Below, piece by piece: positions 1 through 9,618 of a stretch of 64,000 nucleotides of DNA. Origin of the DNA: a virus (Duplodnaviria > Caudoviricetes). The stretch lies in IMG/VR virus record IMGVR_UViG_3300028797_000108, positions 32,001 through 96,000 of that record; one strand, written 5' to 3'. Position 1 is the stretch's first letter. The number at the start of each line of letters is the position of its first letter. Both the position numbers and the translations under genes were made by a program. A model generated the notes under the pieces. The model had not been told where the DNA came from and did not search any database. It saw nothing but the letters and a program-made list of their open reading frames with translations.

Positions 1-2
1 AG

Positions 3-278
3 GCCATTGAAGCAGTTATCGTAACCGAGCCTTATGAACGCTTATTCAACATTGACTTCTGGTCACCATTCTACCGTCTTTTGTTCCAGAACGAAGGTGA
101 CGCCGAAGAAATTGTTGAAGAAGTTTTCCAGATGATTGAAAAGTGGGTGGGTGTTCGCATTGACCGTCCAAATACAAATGTGAATGTTGACTCAGCCAAT
201 CATGCTGTTGAGCTCGAGATACCATACTTTTATGGAGATAATCAGTATCACAAATTCTCACGAGTCATTTCTGCTTAA
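3..278 (+). CDS. gp25: baseplate wedge protein, T4 gp25-like (5' truncated by window edge)
   Basis: Frame is open from position 3: AIEAVIVTEPYERLFNIDFWSPFYRLLF...IEKW, matching the gp25-family T..GER.F.P.FG pattern. Confidence 0.7.
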   Translation, partial: AIEAVIVTEPYERLFNIDFWSPFYRLLFQNEGDAEEIVEEVFQMIEKWVGVRIDRPNTNVNVDSANHAVELEIPYFYGDNQYHKFSRVISA

Positions 279-299
279 TAAATACAACAAAGGTTAAGT

Positions 300-740
300 A
301 TGAATAATAAACTCACATTTACACAGTATGTTCAGATGCACATGAACAAGACATATAACCGCGAGGACATTAAAGAACAGCCCGTGGTTAATGACCAGCA
401 TGGACCTGCTGATGTTTTGAAACAAGTTAATCCGAAGACTTGGAATGCTAAGATTATTGGCGACGAAAAAATCTTGTTCTTCAATAATCATCATTTGAAC
501 ATTACGAAGCTGCGTGAAGAAATTCAGAAAATATACAGTGAGAATGGATATGAACATTACGGCTTTAGCAAGCTAAGTGAAACCGAGTTAGTTCGCTATA
601 AAACATTGCGAGATATCTTGCTCGGTGAATTCCTAGGTTATGGCGATGAAGAGCTTGACCCAGTTGCTACTGCTAGAATAATTTTTGATAATGAGGTGAA
701 GGAATTTGACTGGCAGCCTGAACCTCTGACATTGGGTTAA
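300..740 (+). CDS. hypothetical protein
   Basis: 146-aa ORF; AATAAATA late-like box and AAGG upstream. Confidence 0.7.
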   Translation: MNNKLTFTQYVQMHMNKTYNREDIKEQPVVNDQHGPADVLKQVNPKTWNAKIIGDEKILFFNNHHLNITKLREEIQKIYSENGYEHYGFSKLSETELVRYKTLRDILLGEFLGYGDEELDPVATARIIFDNEVKEFDWQPEPLTLG

Positions 741-742
741 AG

Positions 743-1147
743 ATGAAAAGTACGAATAAGTTGCTAGAAGTAAGATTGAAGGTTGATGCGTGGATCGTTG
801 AAGAAACGCTGAGCCGAATGGGCATACCTGATAATAAGAATAAGGTGCTATACCAATCATGCCATCTGCTTAAGCAGTTTGACACTTATTATCTTGCGCA
901 TTTCAAGCAGTTGTTTGTTTTGAGCCGCGGTAAGGATGGGTATCCTGGATTTGGCAATGTATCGCTTGAAGATCTTGAAAGACGAAATTCTATTGCATAT
1001 TGCCTTGTTAAGTGGAACATGATTGAGGTTGTAGAACCGCAAGAAATTGAAGAACACCAAACACGCATATTTGTTTTGCCACATGCTGAAAAACATAACT
1101 GGCAACTTATCAAGAAATTTAATGTGAAAAACCTTAGCAATGAATAG
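743..1147 (+). CDS. regA: translational repressor RegA
   Basis: ETLSRMGIPDNKNKVLYQSCHLL...YYLAHFKQL...RRNSIA closely follows T4 RegA (ETLTRMGIANNKDKVLYQSCHIL...HFKE...RRDSIA). Confidence 0.95.
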   Translation: MKSTNKLLEVRLKVDAWIVEETLSRMGIPDNKNKVLYQSCHLLKQFDTYYLAHFKQLFVLSRGKDGYPGFGNVSLEDLERRNSIAYCLVKWNMIEVVEPQEIEEHQTRIFVLPHAEKHNWQLIKKFNVKNLSNE

Positions 1148-1154
1148 GTAATGT

Positions 1155-2207
1155 ATGGCTGAAAAGACAGAAGAAACAAAGAAGGATCCTGTTAAGACAG
1201 GAATACAAAAAGCCATCGCAGGTAAGGACACAAAGGCGCTGTCCAAATATAGAGACCACATTGAAAAGGACGACGAAGGCAAGTATTACTACGAAGACGA
1301 TAATGGCGAAAAGACCTATCTTGCTACCAACGATGTTCCAGATAAGAAAATCAAGCAGATGCTTATCCAGATTAAGGATAGCAGCGAACATTTCAATTAT
1401 GAAGATGTATTCTATAAGCTAGGCAAGGTTGCCGTTCTTCGTGGCGCATCAAGCCTAATCGGATTGGAACAGAAGCCAGAAGCATTGCTCTCAAAAATTT
1501 CTGATACGAATTATGATGATGTTTACGATATAGCTTTTGAAGATAACAAGAACATCAAAGCCGGCATGTTCAAGGGCAAGTCACTGAACGATGTTTTGAA
1601 AGCATGCGCCCGTCGTAAAGCCGTTGAAGATTTGAAATCAGCTGAAAAGATTGATGGCACTACTTATGAAAAGCTAGTTAAAGCTGGCGAAGATGAATAT
1701 AAAGAATACTCTGAAGATATCGCCACCGACGCTGCAACAAAGAACAAGTATAATGCAGTTAAGAACGAGCTTGAAAGTGCATTTGAAAAAGGCGTTAAAG
1801 AAACCCGTAAAGAACTAGATGAAGGCCAAAATATCAAGGAACCTTTCACTAATAGAACATTGAACCTAGAAGATGGCAAGGTTAAAAAGGCTCTTAAGGG
1901 TGCTGCTAAAAACGCTGCTAAGAAGTTAGGCGAAATTTTAGGCATAAGCGAGAACTCACCTGACATTTTCTCTAAGTTGATTTTCGCAGCGATTGGTGGT
2001 GGTAATAAGCTTTGGAAGAATATACAGAAGAAGAGAGCATTAGCACGCTTTAATGATTATAAGAAGGTGACAGTCAAGTCACTTAAGAAAGAAATTGATG
2101 ATGCCATTAAGGAAGCAAAACCGTTGCTCAGTAATGGTCCAACAAATAGTGGAGAATCAGATGGCGGAACAGAATCAAAACCTGGAGAAGCTGAAGGAAA
2201 TCACTAA
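1155..2207 (+). CDS. hypothetical Lys-rich protein
   Basis: 350-aa ORF, phage-like codon usage. Confidence 0.75.
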   Translation: MAEKTEETKKDPVKTGIQKAIAGKDTKALSKYRDHIEKDDEGKYYYEDDNGEKTYLATNDVPDKKIKQMLIQIKDSSEHFNYEDVFYKLGKVAVLRGASSLIGLEQKPEALLSKISDTNYDDVYDIAFEDNKNIKAGMFKGKSLNDVLKACARRKAVEDLKSAEKIDGTTYEKLVKAGEDEYKEYSEDIATDAATKNKYNAVKNELESAFEKGVKETRKELDEGQNIKEPFTNRTLNLEDGKVKKALKGAAKNAAKKLGEILGISENSPDIFSKLIFAAIGGGNKLWKNIQKKRALARFNDYKKVTVKSLKKEIDDAIKEAKPLLSNGPTNSGESDGGTESKPGEAEGNH

Positions 2208-3561
2208 TAGGGTTTCTGAAACATGCTGGAAGTGCATGGATAAGTATCTATGCGCCGGCTTTGCCATGTTGAACCAAAATTTGGCAACAGTCAAAGGTGA
2301 AGAACTGACATTTACAACAAATGAAGGTGGCTCACTTGTTTTGGGCGCTGACTATGCGAAATTGTTTGATGAAGCCGTCAAGCAGTATGGCAGGTACTAT
2401 AAAGAAATCATTTCACAAAGCGGTGACTTAAAGAAGCTGCCGTTCCTCGCCACACCTGCACAAAACGAGACAGTTAAGATTGACTCATTTGAGTGGCTAA
2501 CCAAGCAGAAATACGAATCTTCAGAAATGGAAAAGACTGCCCATAATTATTGGGCTATGGCTAAGAAGATTGCTGACATCGGTGCTAAGCTACAAGAACT
2601 TACGAAGATGCCGCACGAAAAATTCTTCAATGAAATTAAGCAAGTCGCTGAAACACTTTCAAGCGGTGCTGATTTGTTCAAGAATGCTACCAAGCTGAAA
2701 TTGGCAGCAGAACCTCAGGGAGATCCTGACGGCGTTGAAATTGAAAAGGCAGAAGAACAGCCTGAAGAAGAAAAGCAGGAAGAACAGCCACAGGTTGACC
2801 AGAATGTTGTGGCTGGTGTTGAAACTGCAGCAAAAGAGGTTGCTGCCGTTATCGACCACCCAGACAATGTAGGTCCTAACTTTGAAAAGATGAAACAGGA
2901 TTTGGAACGCCTAAAGGCAGCCTATGAAAAATCTGGCTTGTCAAAGAAGATGCGTAAAAAGATTAACGCATTCCGCGAACAGAATAAAGGCATTTTGCCT
3001 GCCGTTTGGGCTTATGCAGCTGGTACTGGTCAGTTGGACAATGTTAAGCGCATCATAGAAGCAGCACAGCAGCAACAGGAACTACTTAAGCTTTTGTTTG
3101 AAAATGAGGAAGGTGAAAATGATAGACCGGGAGATACTGGGGACGGGGCAGCCGATACGCCGCAAGAAGGCGCCGGTGAAAAAGAAAACAACGACCAGAA
3201 GAAAACTGACGGAGAAGAAACCGCGCCAAATGACAAGCAAGGCGAGCAAGATAACCCAGCCGAAAAGGCTAAGACATTGGCAGATGCTGCGGGAAAGCTT
3301 CTTACAATTAAAAAGGCTAACGGTTTCATTACTGAATACGGTAAATGGGTTAAGGCTGTTAATGAGTTCTTTACCGGACTTGCAGAAAACGAAGATCTTA
3401 AACCTGAACTTGAAAAATTAAAGGACTTGGACCCTTATGAAAAAATCGTCAAGACTTATGCCTTGCTTTTGAACCATAAGGAAGAAAAACAGGAAGAGGC
3501 TTATGACCCATTCGTTGATGCGTTCATGAAGCGTTTGGACGAAAAATTACATAGGTGGTAG
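2161..3561 (+). CDS. hypothetical helical/acidic protein
   Basis: Long ORF; start moved to ATG 2161, which has a GGAGA SD upstream. Confidence 0.75.
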   Translation: MAEQNQNLEKLKEITNRVSETCWKCMDKYLCAGFAMLNQNLATVKGEELTFTTNEGGSLVLGADYAKLFDEAVKQYGRYYKEIISQSGDLKKLPFLATPAQNETVKIDSFEWLTKQKYESSEMEKTAHNYWAMAKKIADIGAKLQELTKMPHEKFFNEIKQVAETLSSGADLFKNATKLKLAAEPQGDPDGVEIEKAEEQPEEEKQEEQPQVDQNVVAGVETAAKEVAAVIDHPDNVGPNFEKMKQDLERLKAAYEKSGLSKKMRKKINAFREQNKGILPAVWAYAAGTGQLDNVKRIIEAAQQQQELLKLLFENEEGENDRPGDTGDGAADTPQEGAGEKENNDQKKTDGEETAPNDKQGEQDNPAEKAKTLADAAGKLLTIKKANGFITEYGKWVKAVNEFFTGLAENEDLKPELEKLKDLDPYEKIVKTYALLLNHKEEKQEEAYDPFVDAFMKRLDEKLHRW

Positions 3562-3580
3562 GCCAATAAATAATTTAGGG

Positions 3581-3610
3581 AGGCGCGGAATTATTTCCGC
3601 GTCTTTTATT
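3581..3610 (+). terminator. intrinsic terminator
   Basis: AGGCGCGGAA-TTAT-TTCCGCGTCT stem-loop followed by TTTATT. Confidence 0.75.
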
Positions 3611-3651
3611 CTGCCTAAAGAAAATTTTTATATTTACTATTGAGGTGTCTT

Positions 3652-3963
3652 ATGGATGAAACCGAGATTACAAATTGCCTAGGTGAAATCGAGCTAGTCA
3701 TGAAAGACCCTTCTTTGATTGGGAAAAACGGTTTTTCATTTGAAGAGTTTTTGTCAGTCAATGAATTCAAGATAATGGTGCTGTGCTTTTATCACTTTCA
3801 TCTTTATCCAGTGAACAAGCGTCTACTTGAATTGTCGCTTGATGCTGAAGATTGTGATAATTATGACTTCATCTACAACCTAATTGCGGATAAGTGGTTA
3901 AAGCACGCAGAGACCGAAATAGAGAAATACATTAAGGAACTCGAATCCACACCGATAGAATAA
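3652..3963 (+). CDS. hypothetical protein
   Basis: GAGGT SD before ATG 3652. Confidence 0.65.
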   Translation: MDETEITNCLGEIELVMKDPSLIGKNGFSFEEFLSVNEFKIMVLCFYHFHLYPVNKRLLELSLDAEDCDNYDFIYNLIADKWLKHAETEIEKYIKELESTPIE

Positions 3964-3968
3964 ACCTT

Positions 3969-3976
3969 TATAAATA
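3969..3976 (+). promoter_or_regulatory. T4-type late promoter TATAAATA
   Basis: Exact TATAAATA in an intergenic gap; recurring context TATAAATACAATATAGAGG; gp55 is encoded in the window. Confidence 0.85.
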
Positions 3977-3993
3977 CAATATAGAGGTAAAGA

Positions 3994-5007
3994 ATGGATT
4001 ACATGCATTATCAACGTATGCCACATATTCACGGCGACCTTGAACCAGCATTCGTCGTTCCGCCGCACGAACCGTGCTGCCCTGACGAAAAAGAAGAATG
4101 CGTGTGCGTCACATCGGGTGATGTTGAAAAGTGGAATGAAACCGCTGATATGCTCAGCGCCCTATCAGGAATTACCCCGGAAGATCTTGACAATATCGGA
4201 AGCGCAGTTTCTGCGCTAACCAGTGCTGATTATTGGAACAGCACTTACAATACAGTATGCGCTAAATCTGCTAATTGGGACAGCGCTTATAACGCAGTCA
4301 CTGCAAGCGCTGATATTTGGAATAGCGCAAGTGACATTCCTGAACTGACATCAGCAATAAACGATTTGTCTAATCAGATATCTGCACTTGACAAGGCTAA
4401 GGCTAGTGCATTCTTCACTGACTCAGCATCTATCGTAGGCGACGGTACTTCAGGTTCGCCATATCGTGTTGCTGATTGGGCTCGCATATCTGCACTCAAT
4501 TTTAATTTTAACGAGCTGGAAAGACACTTATATCCAGCTGACTCAGCTGATGGTTTAACAGCTGATATGATTATCACTGATGGTGCTCGTGCTAAATTCT
4601 TGGCACTGCAACCTGAACATGAAAAACTCATGAGCTTCATGCAGACTATTGATACCCACATTTCCGGCATCAATAGCCGAATAAATGAAGCTGAACAGTT
4701 GTCATACCAAGCCATATCTGAAGCAAAGACTTATTATGGCGACGGTAGCACAACAGTGATTAATGAAAAGTTAGTCTCAGGCACCGACCCTAACCATCCA
4801 AAGACACGAGAATATGTCGTATCTGTTATAGGCTTGCCTAACGGTTATGATGATAGAATTTCATCAGGCGTTCGTGCTTGGGAATACATCTCGGCAAATC
4901 TTGTAAATAGACGCTTCCTTTCATGGGCAACAACTAACTACCCAACAAAAGCTAGCGATGTCACTGCTTGCCGTGATTATGACACCATTTATGTTGCTGT
5001 GGAGTAA
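3994..5007 (+). CDS. putative fibre/decoration virion protein
   Basis: W(N/D)S coiled-coil repeats (SADYWNSTYNTV, SANWDSAYNAV) and a DSASIVGDGTSGSPY fibre-type motif; late promoter upstream. Confidence 0.55.
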   Translation: MDYMHYQRMPHIHGDLEPAFVVPPHEPCCPDEKEECVCVTSGDVEKWNETADMLSALSGITPEDLDNIGSAVSALTSADYWNSTYNTVCAKSANWDSAYNAVTASADIWNSASDIPELTSAINDLSNQISALDKAKASAFFTDSASIVGDGTSGSPYRVADWARISALNFNFNELERHLYPADSADGLTADMIITDGARAKFLALQPEHEKLMSFMQTIDTHISGINSRINEAEQLSYQAISEAKTYYGDGSTTVINEKLVSGTDPNHPKTREYVVSVIGLPNGYDDRISSGVRAWEYISANLVNRRFLSWATTNYPTKASDVTACRDYDTIYVAVE

Positions 5008-5010
5008 AGA

Positions 5011-5412
5011 ATGGAAACGGCTCTTTCAATAGTTGCTACAAACAATCCTATAGCAATAGTTGCTCTTATTGCTGTATTGTTGTGCTATGCGATAATTGGC
5101 TATATCGCATGGCAGCGCTCCAATACTGCTAAGATTCGTAATGAGCAGAATGACACTCATACGAATGAAATTACGCAACTCCAGAAACAATATGACGAAC
5201 TCAAGGAAGAAGTCAAGGATATGAAGGAGCAGCAGAACAAGATGGAAACGGAAAAGCAGCTAATTCAAAAGGACGTAACCCACCTGATAGAAGAAACAAG
5301 TGGAATAAAGGAAGACATTCGAGAAATAAAGGTGACACTTGGCGGTATTCAATTATCGCTTGAAAAGATTGGCGCATACTATGATTTCTTGAAAGAAAAA
5401 AGGACTAGATAA
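5011..5412 (+). CDS. single-TM coiled-coil membrane protein (holin-like)
   Basis: N-terminal hydrophobic helix IAIVALIAVLLCYAIIGYIAW followed by a coiled coil. Confidence 0.5.
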   Translation: METALSIVATNNPIAIVALIAVLLCYAIIGYIAWQRSNTAKIRNEQNDTHTNEITQLQKQYDELKEEVKDMKEQQNKMETEKQLIQKDVTHLIEETSGIKEDIREIKVTLGGIQLSLEKIGAYYDFLKEKRTR

Positions 5413-5414
5413 GA

Positions 5415-5819
5415 ATGAGTGAGTTTAATGATTTTGTGAAGAACTCTAGGGAGTTCTGTGATTTACAGGACCACCCGATGGTATACAGCCTCGTGCTTGC
5501 TAAGTTGGCAAAGGGCGACAAGGCTGCAGTGAAGGACGATACAGCGCTCTTTAATGTGCTTAATCGAGTTGAACAGGTGATACCAAAGATTGACTCAACC
5601 GCGTTGAAAACATCATATAGCCCAATCGCAATGACTGCTCTTTTCAACAAGGACGATACCAAAGGCGCACTACCTGATTATGTGACACAGTACTTCAATG
5701 AATTTGAAGATGTCGCAGCAAAGCAGGAAAAATCGTTTGATGCAGCATTTGAAGTGCATAAACAGTTCAGTGAATTAACCAAGAGCACCGAGTTTCAGAA
5801 TTTTCTGAAGACTTTATAA
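5415..5819 (+). CDS. hypothetical protein
   Basis: 134-aa ORF in the same operon. Confidence 0.7.
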   Translation: MSEFNDFVKNSREFCDLQDHPMVYSLVLAKLAKGDKAAVKDDTALFNVLNRVEQVIPKIDSTALKTSYSPIAMTALFNKDDTKGALPDYVTQYFNEFEDVAAKQEKSFDAAFEVHKQFSELTKSTEFQNFLKTL

Positions 5820-5822
5820 ATA
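5815..5822 (+). promoter_or_regulatory. late promoter TATAAATA
   Basis: Exact consensus, context TATAAATACAATATAAGAGG. Confidence 0.85.
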
Positions 5823-5852
5823 CAATATAAGAGGTTTTAGGAGATATACAAT

Positions 5853-6599
5853 ATGGCAAAAAAGATCAGCGATAAAAACCGTAAGAAGGCATCTCTGTCA
5901 GAAGGATTCTTGGACGGCGAAGAAGAAGTGACCGTTACTCCGGAAGACGCACAGCCTGAAGATACTACCGAAGACGATGTACCTCCAGAAGATGGCGGTG
6001 AAGAAGGCGACGGTGATATTTCTGATGAAGGCGACCCGGATGGCGATGGTGACGAAGGCGATGCAGAAGCAACCGACGACGAAGCCGGAGTTGAAAAGGA
6101 TCCCGAAGAACAACAGGAAGATCTGCAGGACACTATGCAGACCTTGATTACTGCTGTTCAGGCTCTAACCGACCAGATTGCTAAGCAGAACGGTGACGGT
6201 GAAGAAGGCGGTGAAGGCGAACCTGCTGAAGGTGGTGACGAAACTGCTGAAGGCGGCGATGATTTCACTGACGACGATTCAGAATTTGAAGGTGGGGACG
6301 AAGAAGGCGAAGGCGATGACGACGCTGAATTTGAAGGCGGCGACGAAGGCGGAGAAGAATCATCAGAAGAAGAAACAACTGATGAAACAAAATCAGAAGC
6401 CTGGAACCATTTCGCTAAGCAAGGCATGCCTCTCAACGAAAACAGCGGCTACATGATTGGTAAGATCTTGTCAGGTCGCTTTGACAAGTTGGAACCATTT
6501 GTCATGGCTATCGTTGAACAGAAGATTCACGACAGAGTTGAAGGCGCAAAGAAGGAGTTCCGCACCCAGGCCTACAATAAACAGTATGGCGAAGAATAA
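5853..6599 (+). CDS. highly acidic protein, possible prohead core protein
   Basis: D/E/G-rich; LSE and LNE motifs resemble prohead-protease sites; AGGAG SD. Confidence 0.6.
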   Translation: MAKKISDKNRKKASLSEGFLDGEEEVTVTPEDAQPEDTTEDDVPPEDGGEEGDGDISDEGDPDGDGDEGDAEATDDEAGVEKDPEEQQEDLQDTMQTLITAVQALTDQIAKQNGDGEEGGEGEPAEGGDETAEGGDDFTDDDSEFEGGDEEGEGDDDAEFEGGDEGGEESSEEETTDETKSEAWNHFAKQGMPLNENSGYMIGKILSGRFDKLEPFVMAIVEQKIHDRVEGAKKEFRTQAYNKQYGEE

Positions 6600-6626
6600 T
6601 CACATTTAACATTCTAAAACCCTTTC

Positions 6627-6660
6627 AAAACGGCAGTTATAAATAACTGCTGTTTTTCTT
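6627..6660 (+). terminator. intrinsic terminator with TATAAATA at its apex
   Basis: AAAACGGCAGTTAT-AA-ATAACTGCTGTTTT followed by T-rich tail. Confidence 0.7.
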
Positions 6661-6661
6661 G

Positions 6662-6669
6662 TATAAATA
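6662..6669 (+). promoter_or_regulatory. late promoter TATAAATA
   Basis: Exact consensus 4 nt before ATG 6674. Confidence 0.8.
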
Positions 6670-6673
6670 CTAT

Positions 6674-7261
6674 ATGAAACAGTTTGATAGTCTATGTGAT
6701 GCGTTCAACATTAACGGCGTTGATGACAACAAAGTTAAGGAAGAACTTTTGAATACTGAGCCCGTTGCTCCGGTAGTTCCTGAACCTGAAGAACCTCAGG
6801 AAGAAGAGGCTACTATTGAGTTCAAAGGCCAGAAGTATACATTAAAGAGCCTCGAGTATATGAGGGTAATGCTACAAGAGAAAATTTCTCAAGACACACA
6901 TGTTCTTGAAACTCTTGGGCAGATGTGCAAGTTAAATGCACAAGCTAGATATTTTGAAGTCTATGCCACGCTGTCTAACACTGTGGCCTCGCATTTGAAA
7001 CAGCTTCAAGATCTAGAGAAAACAATAACAGACTATCAAGTTATTCAGACGAAAGAAGAGATGCAAAAAGCGTCTATGGAACAAAAGGAACGCTTGGCAC
7101 TTTCTAAGGCATCTAACTCTCCTGCTGCTCAAACACTTATTCAAAACAACACAACAAACTTGTATTTGACATCCACAGAACTGGATGAAATGATTGACGA
7201 GGCAGAGCACGATACCCATATAAATACTGACGAAATATCCACTGATTTTGATTTAAGCTAG
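6674..7261 (+). CDS. gp16: terminase small subunit, gp16-like
   Basis: ARYFEVYATLSNTVASHLKQLQDLEK matches the gp16 PR.(Y/F)EV.A.L...L motif; C-terminal NNTTNLYLTSTELDEMI matches NN..F.GST.EL. Confidence 0.75.
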   Translation: MKQFDSLCDAFNINGVDDNKVKEELLNTEPVAPVVPEPEEPQEEEATIEFKGQKYTLKSLEYMRVMLQEKISQDTHVLETLGQMCKLNAQARYFEVYATLSNTVASHLKQLQDLEKTITDYQVIQTKEEMQKASMEQKERLALSKASNSPAAQTLIQNNTTNLYLTSTELDEMIDEAEHDTHINTDEISTDFDLS

Positions 7262-7262
7262 T

Positions 7263-8327
7263 ATGAAGTATTCCGTATTCCATAAGATAGACACCCGCTA
7301 CAAATTCTTTGACCGTTTTTGTAAGCGATATATTAAGGCAACCGATCCCGAGATCCGTGCACGACTTATCGAGTCTTGTGAGGAACTGATGGAGCTTATT
7401 GTCAAGATGATACTTGACGGCAACATGGAGGATCTGGCTGACATTCTTTCAAAGAGCAATTCAAAACACGCAAGGGTTTTCTTTGATTACTTTGTCGGTG
7501 CTAAAACCAAACACATGAAGAAGACCGACATTGTTTCAACAGTGCACAATTATTTTACAAAGGAGAACGACATGAAGGACATACATGCATTCATGATGGA
7601 AGCTGTAAAGCCTATCAAGCTTTCAAAGCAATACGTTCCGTTCAAGTTAAATGAAGCTGAAGGTGACGAAGACACTGCACCTGATGCCGGTGGTGATGAT
7701 ATGGGCGGTGATGATCCATTTGCTGATGGTGGCGATGATATGGGCGGCGACGATATGGGCGGCGATGATTTCGGTGGAGATGACGCCGGCGGAGATCCGT
7801 TTGGCGGAGCACCTGATGCAGGTGGTGGCTCTGGCGGAGACGATGACGAAGATGGCGAAGGTGATGATGCCAATGGGGAAGAAGAAGACACTGACCCATA
7901 CGACATGGAAGGTCATGAAGATGACCCTGACTTCACTGAAGGCGCTGATAATGCAGAAGTGGTTCAGCCGACACCAGCCGGTGCTTGCATCTACGATGTC
8001 AAGGGTATTATGCAGTCAATGAACGCAGTAATTGAAGCATTGCCTGATGGACAGCTGGCAGAAATTGAAGCAGTCAAGAAGGCAGTGACACTTATCTTTA
8101 ACGGTAAGTTGCTCAAGGCTGAAGATGTGACATTCCAGAACCCAAAGAACGCATCATTCTTGCTAAGAAAGATTGGCGCCAATGTCAATGAAAAGACTCG
8201 TAACTATTTGATGTTGAAAATCAAGCAGCCGCTAATCAAACTCCGCGACAAGAACAAGGAAGAACTCGCTGCAATGAAGAATGATAACAACAACATTCGT
8301 GATACACTCGGCACACTTGACAAATAA
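7263..8327 (+). CDS. hypothetical protein with acidic GGDD(M/P/F) repeats
   Basis: 354-aa ORF; TATAAATA at 7219-7226 upstream; strong in-frame internal SD+ATG at 7572. Confidence 0.7.
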   Translation: MKYSVFHKIDTRYKFFDRFCKRYIKATDPEIRARLIESCEELMELIVKMILDGNMEDLADILSKSNSKHARVFFDYFVGAKTKHMKKTDIVSTVHNYFTKENDMKDIHAFMMEAVKPIKLSKQYVPFKLNEAEGDEDTAPDAGGDDMGGDDPFADGGDDMGGDDMGGDDFGGDDAGGDPFGGAPDAGGGSGGDDDEDGEGDDANGEEEDTDPYDMEGHEDDPDFTEGADNAEVVQPTPAGACIYDVKGIMQSMNAVIEALPDGQLAEIEAVKKAVTLIFNGKLLKAEDVTFQNPKNASFLLRKIGANVNEKTRNYLMLKIKQPLIKLRDKNKEELAAMKNDNNNIRDTLGTLDK

Positions 8328-8355
8328 ATAGTTTACAGTTTCGTGAGGTGATTTA

Positions 8356-9540
8356 ATGTTAAACGCAAATTCTAATGACGGGAAATCTCTTGTTCTAATT
8401 TTCCCGCTCGACAACTCAGGATGTAGCCACTACAGATTGAGATGGAATGCAATGTATTATGCTGGGCACGAGCACTTGGGTTTCAAGCCGGTGCTTATGC
8501 CATTCCCAATCTTTGATGGCTCCTATCTTGCAGCTGCTAAGTGCTTGATATTCCAGCGCCCTATTACGCCTGGGCACATTGAACTTATCAAGCGCTATAA
8601 GGCTCTACAGCCTAAGTTTGGCTACAAGATGGTATTTGAAGTTGATGACCAAGTTTTCAAGATTGACGGTGAATGCATTCCTGCATACAACACCGCGTCT
8701 TTGCATTTCACAGGCGATGAAACCACTGAAATTTGTAGACAGGTTTTGCCGCTATTTGATGAAGTGGTCGTTTCAACCGAGTACTTGAAAGCTAAGATGG
8801 AAGAAATCTTTGATGTTCATAATGTGACTGTGATACGAAATGTTGTGCCACGCTTCTTGTGGTCATATCCTCGTAAACCGCACAAGACTGAAGATCTTAA
8901 GAAGCCTACCGTTCTTTATTCAGGTTCGCCGTGCCATTATCGTAACCCCGTCCCACCACGTAAACCTAGCCCACAGGAACCGCAAGGATTCCCTGGCATT
9001 ACTCCTCTAAAGGGCGATATGGACAACGCTTGGTGCGATTGGGTTATTAAGAATGTGAAGGAAGGCAAAATTAACTTCATCGTTATGGGTGCCTTGCCTT
9101 GGTTCTGGGAGTGCATTAAGGACCAGATTACGTTCATACCTTGGGTTGACTGCAACTCCTTCCCTCGTCAGGTAATGGAGACTAACGCAGATTTCTCCTT
9201 TGCTCCCTTGGTAAACAACGCATTCAACAAGTGCAAGTCAAGCCTTCGCTTTACTGAATCTTGTGCAGTTGGTCAAGTGTTCCTCGGCACCGTATTCACA
9301 GCCGATAAAGATTCGCCATACGAAGAAATTCATCCTGAATGCAAGGTGCCAGACAATGTCACAGTTGAAGACATTGACGAAAAATTCTGGGCATTGTGCA
9401 AGAAGGACAAGTATAACGAAATTCTTGATTGGCAATACAAGTTTATCAATGATGGCGGCTACTGGCTTGAATCTGATAAGCACACCAATGCCTGGCTTGA
9501 AATGATTGACAACCAATGCGTTGGCAAGAAGTTCATTTAA
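8356..9540 (+). CDS. glycosyltransferase (phage GT-B type)
   Basis: DNSGCSHYRL, FQR, VFEVDD, VVVSTEYLK and APLVNNAFNKCKS motifs typical of phage glycosyltransferases. Confidence 0.8.
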   Translation: MLNANSNDGKSLVLIFPLDNSGCSHYRLRWNAMYYAGHEHLGFKPVLMPFPIFDGSYLAAAKCLIFQRPITPGHIELIKRYKALQPKFGYKMVFEVDDQVFKIDGECIPAYNTASLHFTGDETTEICRQVLPLFDEVVVSTEYLKAKMEEIFDVHNVTVIRNVVPRFLWSYPRKPHKTEDLKKPTVLYSGSPCHYRNPVPPRKPSPQEPQGFPGITPLKGDMDNAWCDWVIKNVKEGKINFIVMGALPWFWECIKDQITFIPWVDCNSFPRQVMETNADFSFAPLVNNAFNKCKSSLRFTESCAVGQVFLGTVFTADKDSPYEEIHPECKVPDNVTVEDIDEKFWALCKKDKYNEILDWQYKFINDGGYWLESDKHTNAWLEMIDNQCVGKKFI

Positions 9541-9560
9541 GATTTCCGGCGTAACAGAAG

Positions 9561-9588
9561 AGGGGTAGGTTTATCCTACCCCTTTTTT
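9561..9588 (+). terminator. intrinsic terminator
   Basis: AGGGGTAGG-TTTAT-CCTACCCCT followed by T-run. Confidence 0.85.
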
Positions 9589-9592
9589 CCTG

Positions 9593-9600
9593 TATAAATA
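9593..9600 (+). promoter_or_regulatory. late promoter TATAAATA
   Basis: Exact consensus directly after the terminator. Confidence 0.85.
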
Positions 9601-9618
9601 CAATAAAGAAGAGGCTAC

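Noticed and set aside
2095-2207. Possible frameshift fusion of the overlapping 350-aa and 488-aa ORFs
   Set aside because: SD plus ATG at 2161 explains the overlap, and no slippery site is evident.
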